64,000 bases of DNA from contig MFVE01000005.1 of NCBI GenBank assembly GCA_001785985.1, positions 112,533 through 176,532 on the forward strand, in the 5' to 3' direction. Made by a program: the position numbers and the translations under genes. The stretch comes from Candidatus Nomurabacteria bacterium RIFCSPLOWO2_01_FULL_42_17. GTDB lineage: Bacteria; Patescibacteriota; Minisyncoccia; Phycocordibacterales; UBA9973. Under the pieces are notes generated by a model, which saw only the letters and a list, made by a program, of their open reading frames with translations, did no database searches and was not told the origin of the DNA. This document shows positions 17,423 through 26,574 of the stretch, piece after piece. Numbering within the stretch: the stretch's first letter is position 1; each line of letters begins with the position of its first letter.

Positions 17423-18503
17423 AATCGCGCAAGGCGAGCCCGAGCGCCGCCGCGAAGGAAAGCGCTTGTTTAAAATCTATATCTGGGACATATTTTTCCT
17501 TGTCTACTATATTGACCCAGACATTGGCCATCTCCACCGGACTCTTCATGCTGATAGAAAAATATTCCGCCAGTCCTATCAGATTAGAATCCCCGCCGCA
17601 GAGAATTATCTTCTCGATGGGCAGATTGTTCTGCCCTTCTTCATCCTTGTGAGTATGCCAGTATAGAAAATGCTTGACGAGCTCGTCGCGCAGAATAGAA
17701 ACACTGTTTAAAAGAACCGAAAATAATTCCTTGTTTGGAGTATTGCGCTCCAGGCCGTATTTTATTTTCATTTGTTCTGCTTCCTCAAAACTTAATTTGA
17801 AATTTTTTGCAATCATGTCGGTCAGCATCTTTCCGCCCACATCGAGCGTAGAAGTAAACATCACCAGACCACGAGATACGATAAAAATGCCTGTGAGTTT
17901 TTCTCCAAAATCAACAATCATATAAGTGCCGCGATCGCCGGCTTTCACAACCGCTCGGCAAATCGCCTGAGCTTCGAGTTCGAACGACTGGACTTTGATC
18001 TGCGCATTCTTGAATATAGAAAGATAATTTTCAATCACATTCTTTGGTACGGTGGCGACTTGGAGCTCCAAGTGCTGTTTATCTTGACTAATCAATTCAT
18101 AGTCAAAAATAGCATCTTCGGCTTTGAGCGGTATATGCTCTTCGAGGGAGAGTTCGATGCTTTCTCTGATATTAACTAATCCTGTTTTTTCTAATCGAAG
18201 TTTGAAAAGATAGACCTGTTCTTCGAGCAGAGAAACACGTACCGATTTTATTCCAACCTCGGTTTTTAATCTTTTTAGAATTTCCTCGATTTGCTTTGGA
18301 TTTTTGATCTTGCCCGACTCGATGATCCCGGGCGGAATAGGGCGCTCTCCATGCCGGCCGACCCGGATGCCATTTTTTGTATTTATCAGCTCTAAAAATT
18401 TCAATGATTCATCCCCGATATCTATACCGAAGGATGCAATGGACAAAAAAGAAGGAACTGGAAAAAGTCGGTTGAAAAATTTATTTAACGCATTCGAAGA
18501 CAT
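17409..18503 (-). CDS. pilM: Type IV pilus assembly protein PilM
   Basis: Actin-like fold: FGIDIGDESLK, MIVDFG, IILCGGDS, ALGLALR. Confidence 0.92.
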   Translation of the reverse strand: MSSNALNKFFNRLFPVPSFLSIASFGIDIGDESLKFLELINTKNGIRVGRHGERPIPPGIIESGKIKNPKQIEEILKRLKTEVGIKSVRVSLLEEQVYLFKLRLEKTGLVNIRESIELSLEEHIPLKAEDAIFDYELISQDKQHLELQVATVPKNVIENYLSIFKNAQIKVQSFELEAQAICRAVVKAGDRGTYMIVDFGEKLTGIFIVSRGLVMFTSTLDVGGKMLTDMIAKNFKLSFEEAEQMKIKYGLERNTPNKELFSVLLNSVSILRDELVKHFLYWHTHKDEEGQNNLPIEKIILCGGDSNLIGLAEYFSISMKSPVEMANVWVNIVDKEKYVPDIDFKQALSFAAALGLALRDFEEN

Positions 18504-18575
18504 AGTAATATTGTAACATATTCATGTTTGATTTTCTAAAATAGAAAAGGAAGTACGCTTTTAAAATACTTCCTT

Positions 18576-18791
18576 TTATAGATCTCCACGAGCTACCGTT
18601 CCCGGTACACCCACGATCTTGAACTCTGAAGGATCACAGTCAAATGTTGCCTTTTGATCGCCTAGAAAAATTACGGCAAACCAGTTGTCTTTGACATTCA
18701 CGTAAAAGACCAACCCGATTTCGCCACAACGTTCCCCTGCGATCTTCTTGACCCAAGTGACCCTCGGAATCAACCTTTGTACTATGACCAT
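18576..18791 (-). CDS. Small hypothetical protein
   Basis: 71-aa ORF filling an intergenic gap. Confidence 0.5.
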   Translation of the reverse strand: MVIVQRLIPRVTWVKKIAGERCGEIGLVFYVNVKDNWFAVIFLGDQKATFDCDPSEFKIVGVPGTVARGDL

Positions 18792-18854
18792 ATCAAGCCT
18801 TTCTTTATGCTAATTATATGGATATAGAAAGAAGATAGCAAGGAACTGTATAAA

Positions 18855-19310
18855 TCACATTTCATCAAACGAAACAGTGATGTATTCTGGTTTTTCAATA
18901 CCCAACTCTTTTTCAACGAATTCTTTGCTTGGATTTTCTCCGGTTACGATGATGAAATTTCCAACATCGTCGATAAGATTAAAAATTATTTGATAATTTT
19001 GGAATTGAAAAAATTTCCTGCTTCCCTTCATTATTCTTTTTATGCCGTATTGAGCAACTAGTTCTTTTTTTAGTTTTTCTATATTATCTATTCGCTCATC
19101 TTTTACGACTTGAAATTTACCATGAGCGGCTTGGAAGATATTGATGAACGCCCCCTTCTTCTTTTCTACTATTTTTAAGACTTTCCCTTCTGGTTGATGA
19201 AAATATGTATCAATGAAATATGTTTGATCAGTAATTTTCGCTCCATTCTTCAATAACCTTTGTTCAACTTCTTGAACATTATAAATTCGCGCTTTAATTT
19301 CTTGAATCAT
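18855..19310 (-). CDS. CYTH-domain-like protein
   Basis: QEIKARI N-terminus, DTYF, and KRIMKGSRKFF..IDDVGNF pattern. Confidence 0.7.
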   Translation of the reverse strand: MIQEIKARIYNVQEVEQRLLKNGAKITDQTYFIDTYFHQPEGKVLKIVEKKKGAFINIFQAAHGKFQVVKDERIDNIEKLKKELVAQYGIKRIMKGSRKFFQFQNYQIIFNLIDDVGNFIIVTGENPSKEFVEKELGIEKPEYITVSFDEM

Positions 19311-19343
19311 AAGAGAAGTATAGCAGAAATTAAGTTTGCATTT

Positions 19344-19377
19344 ATAATATTCCTGAATTTAAATAATATGTTATACT
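19344..19377 (+). repeat. Island boundary repeat copy 1 (promoter part only)
   Basis: ttcctgaatttaaataatatgttatact with extended -10 TGnTATACT. Confidence 0.7.
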
Positions 19378-19414
19378 GGCTCATATTCGAAAGGAAGAAA
19401 GAATAATAAATTAT

Positions 19415-20854
19415 ATGCAGGATTTAAATGAAAAATGTGGAGTGTTTGGTATTTACAGTAAAGATCGCGACGTTTCACGTATATCTTTTTTTGGTCTTTT
19501 TGCGCTTCAGCATCGCGGACAGGAAGCCTCAGGCATTGCAGCTACGGATGGCACACAGCTTCGTTCATTTCGCAATAGAGGCTTGATCTCAAATGTATTT
19601 ACTGAAGAAAAAATTAAAAAACTCAAAGGATTTGCCGCCATTGGACACAACCGCTATTCAACTTCTAAAGGCAATCATGTCAGCCACGCGCAACCCGTGA
19701 TAATTGATCCTGTTATTGATACTTCTTATAAAGGCGGAGGCATAAGAGCAAATGACGGACTTTTGGCTCTAGCGCATAATGGCAATTTGCCTAGCACTAC
19801 TGCCCTAGTTTCTTTTTTGAAAAGTAAAAATATACCAACGATGGATGATCAATCAGATTCTGAACTTATGGCGATTGTTATTGGAGTCTATTTGCGTGAA
19901 GGAAAAACATTACCGGAAGCAGTGCGCTTATGTTATCCGCTTTTTACTGGAACATTTTCCCTACTAGTGCTGACTAAAAATACACTTGTTGCTGTTCGAG
20001 ACCATTGCGGTGTCCGCCCACTTTCGCTTGGGAAACTTGACGGTGGATATGTAATTTCCTCTGAAACTTGTTCTTTTAAAACTATCGGCGCGGAATTTTT
20101 ACGAGATGTACTTCCTGGAGAGATGATAATAATTGATGAAAATGGTCTCGAGTCTATGCAAATCGCTCCAGCTAACCAAAAATTCGATCTTTTTGAATTT
20201 GTTTATTTTGCTCGACCTGACAGTAATTTATTAGGAAAATTAGTCTACGAAGTTCGTAAAAAATGTGGAGAACAGCTTGCCAAGGAACATCCAGTTAAGG
20301 CAGATATTGTCGTCCCAGTCCCAGAAACTGCCATTGCAGCGGCTATTGGTTATTCTAATGCTACTGGTATTCCCGTTGAAATGGCTTTAATGAAAAATCG
20401 CTATATTCATCGTACATTTATTGAACCTGAACAACACACTCGCGAGGCGGTGGTAAAATTGAAATTAAATCCGTTGCCTGAAATGCTTGTTGGTAAGCGA
20501 GTTGTGATTATTGATGATTCAATAGTCCGCGGAACTACTAGTCGTCAAATTGTAAGAGAATTATTCAACGCTGGCGCCAAAGAAGTTCACTTTTTAGTGA
20601 GTTCACCCCCTGTAAAATTTCCCGATTTCTATGGAATTGACACTCCTAAACAAGAAAACTTAATCGGTGCCAATAAGACAATAGAAGAAATAAAAGAGTT
20701 TTTAGGGGTAACCTCACTTCATTATCTCTCTCTAGAGGGATTAATCGCCTCAACTGGTTTACCAGAAAAAGATTTTTGTACATCGTGCTTTACGGGCGAA
20801 TATCCAATCGATATTTTAGAACGCAAAAAAGAAGTATACACCCCAAAAACATAA
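19415..20854 (+). CDS. purF: Amidophosphoribosyltransferase
   Basis: Propeptide then CGVFG; LQHRGQE; GHNRYST; VIIDDSIVRGTT. Confidence 0.96.
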   Translation: MQDLNEKCGVFGIYSKDRDVSRISFFGLFALQHRGQEASGIAATDGTQLRSFRNRGLISNVFTEEKIKKLKGFAAIGHNRYSTSKGNHVSHAQPVIIDPVIDTSYKGGGIRANDGLLALAHNGNLPSTTALVSFLKSKNIPTMDDQSDSELMAIVIGVYLREGKTLPEAVRLCYPLFTGTFSLLVLTKNTLVAVRDHCGVRPLSLGKLDGGYVISSETCSFKTIGAEFLRDVLPGEMIIIDENGLESMQIAPANQKFDLFEFVYFARPDSNLLGKLVYEVRKKCGEQLAKEHPVKADIVVPVPETAIAAAIGYSNATGIPVEMALMKNRYIHRTFIEPEQHTREAVVKLKLNPLPEMLVGKRVVIIDDSIVRGTTSRQIVRELFNAGAKEVHFLVSSPPVKFPDFYGIDTPKQENLIGANKTIEEIKEFLGVTSLHYLSLEGLIASTGLPEKDFCTSCFTGEYPIDILERKKEVYTPKT

Positions 20855-20858
20855 TTGC

Positions 20859-21647
20859 TTAAATATTCGTTGATTTATTTCTACTTACCCAAATTCTATG
20901 TAAATGTCTTTGAATATCATGCGTTCCTAAATTTTTATGTTCTAATAATCCACGACCGTGGATTAGCCGCAAATTATCAAAAACAATAGCACTATTTTTC
21001 TTCCATGTGTGTGGAATAATTTTCAAATTTTTTTCTGCTATTTCTCCAAGTAAGTCATAAAATTTATCTGCATCTTCCTGAGTTTTACTACTTCCGGGTA
21101 AAGGTCTTAGACAACATTTAGGACTTGCAACCGCAATGTTCATTATGAGTTCATCGTTTTGATAACGCTTTTCTAAGAGTGGTCTTACAAACTCAAGTCC
21201 TTCTTTTTTTCTAAAAAGAAATTCATATTCTTTTGCCTCTTCTAATTGACTAGTGTTTCGTAAGATATCAATAATGTCTTTTGTGTCCCCAAAAACTGTT
21301 GGAATATCACTCGTGCCTGCATCCACACAGTGAAGAACAACTATTTCGGGAACTTTAGTTAAATATTGCCCATCTGTGTGTAGCCCAAAGTAACGACTTG
21401 ATCTTGAATAGTCAGATGCGCCTGCCTCTGGACTTTCTTTAACGTGGGAGATAATACCATCGCTACTTGCGATTGGTGTTAATATTTCACTTTCAGACAG
21501 TAATTTAATGAAGGATTCCGCATCTAAATCAACATCAAATATTTTCAAGCGTGGTCCTTCTTTACTAAAATCAATTTTAATTAATTCTTCGTAGAACTTT
21601 TTGGTTGACATAGATTCACTTTGATTGTTGAAAGATTCTTTGGGCAT
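20859..21647 (-). CDS. TauD/TfdA-family Fe(II)/2-oxoglutarate oxygenase
   Basis: LHTDG (HxD) and FDNLRLIHGR..R.LHRIW. Confidence 0.85.
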   Translation of the reverse strand: MPKESFNNQSESMSTKKFYEELIKIDFSKEGPRLKIFDVDLDAESFIKLLSESEILTPIASSDGIISHVKESPEAGASDYSRSSRYFGLHTDGQYLTKVPEIVVLHCVDAGTSDIPTVFGDTKDIIDILRNTSQLEEAKEYEFLFRKKEGLEFVRPLLEKRYQNDELIMNIAVASPKCCLRPLPGSSKTQEDADKFYDLLGEIAEKNLKIIPHTWKKNSAIVFDNLRLIHGRGLLEHKNLGTHDIQRHLHRIWVSRNKSTNI

Positions 21648-21741
21648 AAAAATATAATTTTCATTATATCATAGATGATTGATTCCTATAATGTAATATT
21701 AGATTGACAAAATTCAAGTTTGTTCTTAACATAAAAGAGAT

Positions 21742-22203
21742 ATGGATACGACACCTGAAATTTCTCTTGAATCCAAAAAAACAATTTTTGAGAGAGTAAA
21801 AAAACTAAATTTCCCTATAGGTAAATATGTTGTAGTAGGCGGTGTAATGGAAGCGCATGGTATTAGGAAAGCAGTAGATGTTGATTTTATTGTCACTAAA
21901 GAATTATTTGATGATTTATTGAAACAGGGATGGGTGCCTAAGCCCTGTCGGCCTGGCGATATAGGTAAGGAAGGAGAAAAAAGAAAATTAAGAAAAGATG
22001 ATATTTCGATTATTTCTGAATATTCTTGGTTGGATAAGTATTTTGCAAAAACAGAAGATTTGATAGCCAACGCAGACATCATCGATGGTATACCTTTTAT
22101 ATCATTGAGCGAATTATTAAAATGGAAAAAAGCATGTGGTAGAGAAAAAGATTTGATAGATATCGAACTAATTGAGAATTATCTGAAAAAGAAAGGGAAT
22201 TAA
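21742..22203 (+). CDS. Small nucleotidyltransferase-fold protein
   Basis: VVVGG..AHGIRKAVDVDFIV; GREKDLID. Confidence 0.72.
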   Translation: MDTTPEISLESKKTIFERVKKLNFPIGKYVVVGGVMEAHGIRKAVDVDFIVTKELFDDLLKQGWVPKPCRPGDIGKEGEKRKLRKDDISIISEYSWLDKYFAKTEDLIANADIIDGIPFISLSELLKWKKACGREKDLIDIELIENYLKKKGN

Positions 22204-22206
22204 ATT

Positions 22207-22272
22207 TGTAATACTAAGATTCCTGAATTTAAGCAATATGTTATACTATCCCTATGCCCGAAGGAGATAAAA
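22207..22272 (+). repeat. Island boundary repeat copy 2
   Basis: tgtaat..ttcctgaatttaagcaatatgttatactatccctATGCCCGAAGGAGATAAAA. Confidence 0.85.
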
Positions 22273-22281
22273 GGACATCTT

Positions 22282-22458
22282 ATGATTCCAGAATTTCCAC
22301 AATTTAAAAATTTAGAACTTACCGACAAAATAGACGTCGAAAAATTTACTTCAAAATTTCCACCATATTCCGATTTTAATTTTGTATCCATGTGGTCTTG
22401 GGACATAAAGGGAGAAATGCGGATGAGGGGTTTCTCTAAAAAATTAAACTGGTATTAA
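22282..22458 (+). pseudogene. 5' fragment of a DUF2156-like (aminoacyl-transferase fold) gene
   Basis: Manual translation MIPEFPQFKNLELTDKIDVEKFTSKFPPYSDFNFVSMWSWD... stops after 58 aa. Confidence 0.6.
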
Positions 22459-22463
22459 AAATA

Positions 22464-22503
22464 AAAAAACCCGCGTGTCACAAAGTGACAAAACGGGATT
22501 TTT
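22464..22503 (-). terminator. Probable terminator of the four-gene minus-strand operon
   Basis: cccg..tgtcac-aaa-gtgaca..cggg hairpin flanked by A/T tracts. Confidence 0.6.
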
Positions 22504-22543
22504 TGAGGGTTTAGATAACAAGCAACCCACAAGTTGTAGTTTT

Positions 22544-23233
22544 TCAAACAATCAATTCCTTTTCAATGAACTGTACGATATTTTGTGTTGCGTAATCACA
22601 CCATACAGGCGGAGTTGTGTGTTCCTCTTTAGTATGGAGATCCACCCAACCGGACTCCCTAAGTCCGTTACCAACGAGTACAGTAACAAACCCCACTTCT
22701 TTAGCCATCTGCAAGCTCGAAGGAATGTCGTCGAACATGCAGATTTCTTGGGCCTTTATGCCAAGTTCTTGAACAGTGGCAAGGTATACTTCTCGGTTGG
22801 GTTTACGGATGAAGTTGTTACTCTCGATCGTAAACACTTTGGTGATGTAATCTCGAAGTCCAAGATGTTCAAGTCCACGAAGGACAAACGAACGGTTGGA
22901 GTTGGAAAAGATATGAAGTGGTGCTCTTTGGGAGAGACGTTTTAATGCTTCCCCTAGCCCTGGCTTAGGAAACATCGCGCTGATGTCAAGACCAGAATAT
23001 AGTTCCTCGTAGAATTCAAAGGGATCAATTCCATGATGCTCCTTTAAACCGAGGACACTTGAACGATATTCTTGTCGGTACTGAGTGAGGAGTCTACGAA
23101 CCTCCTTTTCTGGGATGTTTAACCTTTTTTGTGCACAAATCCGAAACCGGTGCATAATCTGGTCTTCGATACCGGCAGTAGAAGGGTATAGTGTTCCATC
23201 GAAATCAAACACAAATACTTTGATGTTTTTCAT
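22544..23233 (-). CDS. HAD-superfamily phosphatase (pyrimidine 5'-nucleotidase-like)
   Basis: FDFDGTLY, FSN, RKP, MFDD motifs. Confidence 0.9.
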   Translation of the reverse strand: MKNIKVFVFDFDGTLYPSTAGIEDQIMHRFRICAQKRLNIPEKEVRRLLTQYRQEYRSSVLGLKEHHGIDPFEFYEELYSGLDISAMFPKPGLGEALKRLSQRAPLHIFSNSNRSFVLRGLEHLGLRDYITKVFTIESNNFIRKPNREVYLATVQELGIKAQEICMFDDIPSSLQMAKEVGFVTVLVGNGLRESGWVDLHTKEEHTTPPVWCDYATQNIVQFIEKELIV

Positions 23234-24048
23234 AGTTTAAGAAGATGTTGATGTAGTTCTGAAGGACTCTCGAAGCGTTTCATTGGATCAGTCGAAAGAC
23301 TTTTTCGCAAGATCGCTTCAAGTTCTGGGAACGGATCCGCCCCAACTTCTTTAAACGTGAGAATGCGATTGCCAATAGCGCATTTGAGTTTCTGCTCCAT
23401 GGAAACTTCTTTCAATTTTTCTTTGGAAGCTCCAAAGTCAATTGCCAGACTTCCCGTGTAGAACATAAACAATGTTGCGCCAAGAGCGTACACTTCCGCA
23501 TGTGTGGTGTAGTCAATTATAGAGTCTCCTGATTTCATACTGCGAGCAATCTCAGGAGCCACGAAGTAGATGAATCCTCCCTTATACAACGGATTTGATT
23601 CGTTGATTTTTCGAGCCATACCCCAGTCAATGACTGTGATTTGGTCTCTCTCCAGGAAGGTGTGCGCTGGTTGAACGTCTCCATGGAGATACCCTCCTTG
23701 GTAGAGCAAATCATAGAACCCAGACACTTTGCGAAGCAGATCAATCTCATTTTTCCCTTCAATGTGATTGACTTCAATTTCTCGGATCAATAGCCAGTTC
23801 ACCCCTTGACTTGTCCCATGAGCTACATAGAGCTGATTTGTCAGATGCGGAACCGTTGAAAGAATCTCCGCTTCTTGGATTAAAAGTTGCCCTTTATCCA
23901 CTGAGCTTTTGTCATGGAACTTGAGAACCATTTTTTTCCCGCTTCGAAGAACACGCAACACAAGCGTGTCTCTCCTGTCAGCTATTGTTTCGACATAAGT
24001 GAGGCCAATCGCTTCAAGGAATTCTTCAATTTTTTGCATTGTTTTCAT
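23230..24048 (-). CDS. Hanks-type Ser/Thr protein kinase-like protein
   Basis: VLK, LHGDVQPAH, IDWG, APE, EVYALG, DPMKRF. Confidence 0.88.
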   Translation of the reverse strand: MKTMQKIEEFLEAIGLTYVETIADRRDTLVLRVLRSGKKMVLKFHDKSSVDKGQLLIQEAEILSTVPHLTNQLYVAHGTSQGVNWLLIREIEVNHIEGKNEIDLLRKVSGFYDLLYQGGYLHGDVQPAHTFLERDQITVIDWGMARKINESNPLYKGGFIYFVAPEIARSMKSGDSIIDYTTHAEVYALGATLFMFYTGSLAIDFGASKEKLKEVSMEQKLKCAIGNRILTFKEVGADPFPELEAILRKSLSTDPMKRFESPSELHQHLLKL

Positions 24049-24757
24049 TTTGTTTGTGTTTAGCTAGTTCTTGCTTTGATAGCTCTTTAGCTTTGGCATA
24101 AAAGTTACTCTGAGTTAGAGCGCCACTGATGCCGTCAAAGCTGGAACTCGTCGGCTCGGCGCAGAAAGCTCCAAGTGTGTCTTGATAAACAATCAGGTCG
24201 TTAAAGACATTTTGATTGACATCATTGGCTGATTCAAGAGAGGGTAGAAGCCATTCCGCCTTCTCAAAGAATTTGGGATCCCTGGCACGAACATTCTCTC
24301 GTATCGAGAAAAGATTGCACGGAGGGATAGGAAGGTCGCGTCCATTCTTTCCTTGTTCTACCGCGCCTTTCCAAAACTTTCCGAAAAGCACACCCACTTG
24401 GGTATACCTGCACTTCAAAACCCAATGAGGCCAAGCAAGTATTTCCTTGCTTAATGCATCATCTATGCGCGGGAACAGAAAGATTACGTTCTCGCACAAA
24501 AGAGGAGGTCTTTGTTTCAAGTTGGCTATCCTCCTTTGATGCCGGAGCAACTCGCTCATGATGTATCCGCTCGTAAAGACAATTCTTTCTGCGAGCAACT
24601 TGTCTTCAGTGTCTGAACTGACCACTGTGTAAGCCATCTCTTCTTTCAACATTGATGGATCGATGTAGGGACAAAAGCGTGAAGAAACTTCTGCTATGTA
24701 TTTCCTGAATCCCGAAACATTCGGGATATTTTTGCTTCTAAATTCTAAAACGTTCAT
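24026..24757 (-). CDS. Uncharacterised protein, tentatively DUF6875/YqcI-YcgG-like
   Basis: FCPY, GVLFGKFW, LPIPP..FSIR..RDPKFF; start moved to the ATG at 24757 after AAGGA. Confidence 0.55.
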   Translation of the reverse strand: MNVLEFRSKNIPNVSGFRKYIAEVSSRFCPYIDPSMLKEEMAYTVVSSDTEDKLLAERIVFTSGYIMSELLRHQRRIANLKQRPPLLCENVIFLFPRIDDALSKEILAWPHWVLKCRYTQVGVLFGKFWKGAVEQGKNGRDLPIPPCNLFSIRENVRARDPKFFEKAEWLLPSLESANDVNQNVFNDLIVYQDTLGAFCAEPTSSSFDGISGALTQSNFYAKAKELSKQELAKHKQNENNAKN

Positions 24758-24777
24758 ATTTCCTTTGTGAAAAATCA

Positions 24778-24803
24778 CGGGCAGAGTTTAGACCCTGCCC
24801 GTT
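24778..24803 (-). terminator. Intra-operon hairpin after the first gene
   Basis: acgggcag-agtttagacc-ctgcccgt 8-bp stem. Confidence 0.6.
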
Positions 24804-24825
24804 TTGTTTGTTGAATGATTACCTG

Positions 24826-25200
24826 TCAATCAAAAGGATCGCAATCCCAGCTGGCATGAAAGACGCCGGTTTGGAGATACTTCAGACGGCTTTGTTGATT
24901 GAGAATCCTGTTGGTGTCTTGGAACCAGACCTCGGGCAGTTTCCCGAAAAGTTTTTCATAAGTCTTCGTCCAATCGATTTTACCTTCACCTTTCACGGGT
25001 CGGTGGCCGACTTCGTGTCCAACAGCACTGCGACAGAATCCCTTGTACCTTTTTGGGTTCTTAAGACGCCGATGCCATTCGGTATCCACAGGACAAGCAG
25101 GCATGAATGTCCGTCTGCCAGTTTCTCGGTGGATTTGAGCCACCTGAAAGAAACGTTGCAACTCCCTCCCAAGGGAGACTTGCTTGATTTTTGTACTCAT
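24826..25200 (-). CDS. GRDP/DUF1399-like small protein
   Basis: P..VDTEWH....Y..FC....G..VGH.P and TYEKLFG.LPEVW pattern; C-terminal ASWDCDPFD. Confidence 0.6.
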   Translation of the reverse strand: MSTKIKQVSLGRELQRFFQVAQIHRETGRRTFMPACPVDTEWHRRLKNPKRYKGFCRSAVGHEVGHRPVKGEGKIDWTKTYEKLFGKLPEVWFQDTNRILNQQSRLKYLQTGVFHASWDCDPFD

Positions 25201-25408
25201 AATTAGGAACTAATTTACTTTTGTTGTGTTAGATAACGCTCCAACGGTTGCGACTTATTTCATAGACTAGCTATCTCTATGAACCAAGCTCTTTAATCCC
25301 TAATTTATAAGGTTCAAAAAGCTTGATTCATATAAGGAGCCAAAAACTTTATCAAAGAACTTGTTACTTTCTTATCGTAACCTTTGCTGACAGAAAGTCA
25401 AGGATGTG

Positions 25409-25499
25409 TTGTAATGATAATATTTTTAAATTTAATAAATATGTTATACTAATCCCATGCCCGAGGGAGATAAAAAAGTTGACTGGTTTCTATGGCTAA
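25409..25499 (+). repeat. Island boundary repeat copy 3 (opens a 34-aa ORF MPEGDKKVDWFLWLIGISCL...)
   Basis: About 90 bp closely matching 29017-29107. Confidence 0.92.
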
Positions 25500-25567
25500 T
25501 CGGCATTAGTTGTTTAACTGCAATTAATATAGCAAGGACTTTCCTTGCTATTCCTGTGTAGATATTC

Positions 25568-26572
25568 ATGCGAAGTATATACAAAACTTATAAAACTGGA
25601 ATTATTAAACTAGGTAAAGATGAGTTGTTCTATAAAATTCTTAATGAAAAAGATTTCAATTCAGAAGTTGTAGGTTATAAGGCTTTATTGAATCACTACC
25701 CAGTACCTAAACTTTTGAGCTACATTAAAATTAATAAAGATTCATACTGCATGCTCTTTAAAAGAGAGATTTCTGTGGGCGTAGAAAAAGGTTTGCTTGT
25801 CGATTTATTTGCAAGCAAAAAGAAGCTAGAGAAAGATTTTTTAAAAATAATTAAACTTTATCGAGAAGTGTTTTTGAAAACTCTCAATCAAACTAAGTAC
25901 ATATCATGTAATATTTTCTTTTCTGATAGAGTTAACGGTCGGTTACCAAAATACTACAATAAAGTTTTTCTAAATAAAAAATTTAGTTTTTCCTTGAATG
26001 GAAAAGGTGTAAATATAAAACTAGAAGATTCTATAAAAGAAATCCAAAAATATTTTAAAAGGAAAATATTTTTTTGGTCGGTTATATCTCAGTGTGATCC
26101 AAGCGATTTAAATATAGCCATCAAACCTATTGTTTTTGATTATACTGCTGGAGGGAATGTACCAATCATGGCTGAATTTGCTACATTTTTTTGGTGTCAG
26201 CTTTTTCACGGAAACTATTTAGCGCTTAAGTATAACCCTAAGTCATTTACGAATCATCGAGCAATATACAAAAAGATTGATAAAGTTATAATGAAAAAAG
26301 ATAAAATTATTCATACACCCATGAAGCTCAGAAAAGAGTTTTTAGAAATGTATATTAAAGAAGTAATCAATCCTTGTTTTTATAAAATAGGTAATAATTA
26401 CCCAGATTGGTTTACTGATTTTAAAAATTTTCTCGCAATGAGAATCATTGGCGTTTACAATATTTCAAAAATGGATAAAAAAGATATGCTTTTATCCCTG
26501 GGATACCTTTCTATTTTTTATAATGCAAAAGATATAAAAAAGCCAGAGGATTTATTAGAATTAATTGATTAA
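25568..26572 (+). CDS. Hypothetical protein with possible phosphotransferase (APH/kinase-like) fold
   Basis: LFYKI..EVVGY..YPVPKL; QCDPSDLNI and VFDY resemble degenerate catalytic and Mg-binding loops. Confidence 0.55.
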   Translation: MRSIYKTYKTGIIKLGKDELFYKILNEKDFNSEVVGYKALLNHYPVPKLLSYIKINKDSYCMLFKREISVGVEKGLLVDLFASKKKLEKDFLKIIKLYREVFLKTLNQTKYISCNIFFSDRVNGRLPKYYNKVFLNKKFSFSLNGKGVNIKLEDSIKEIQKYFKRKIFFWSVISQCDPSDLNIAIKPIVFDYTAGGNVPIMAEFATFFWCQLFHGNYLALKYNPKSFTNHRAIYKKIDKVIMKKDKIIHTPMKLRKEFLEMYIKEVINPCFYKIGNNYPDWFTDFKNFLAMRIIGVYNISKMDKKDMLLSLGYLSIFYNAKDIKKPEDLLELID

Positions 26573-26574
26573 GT

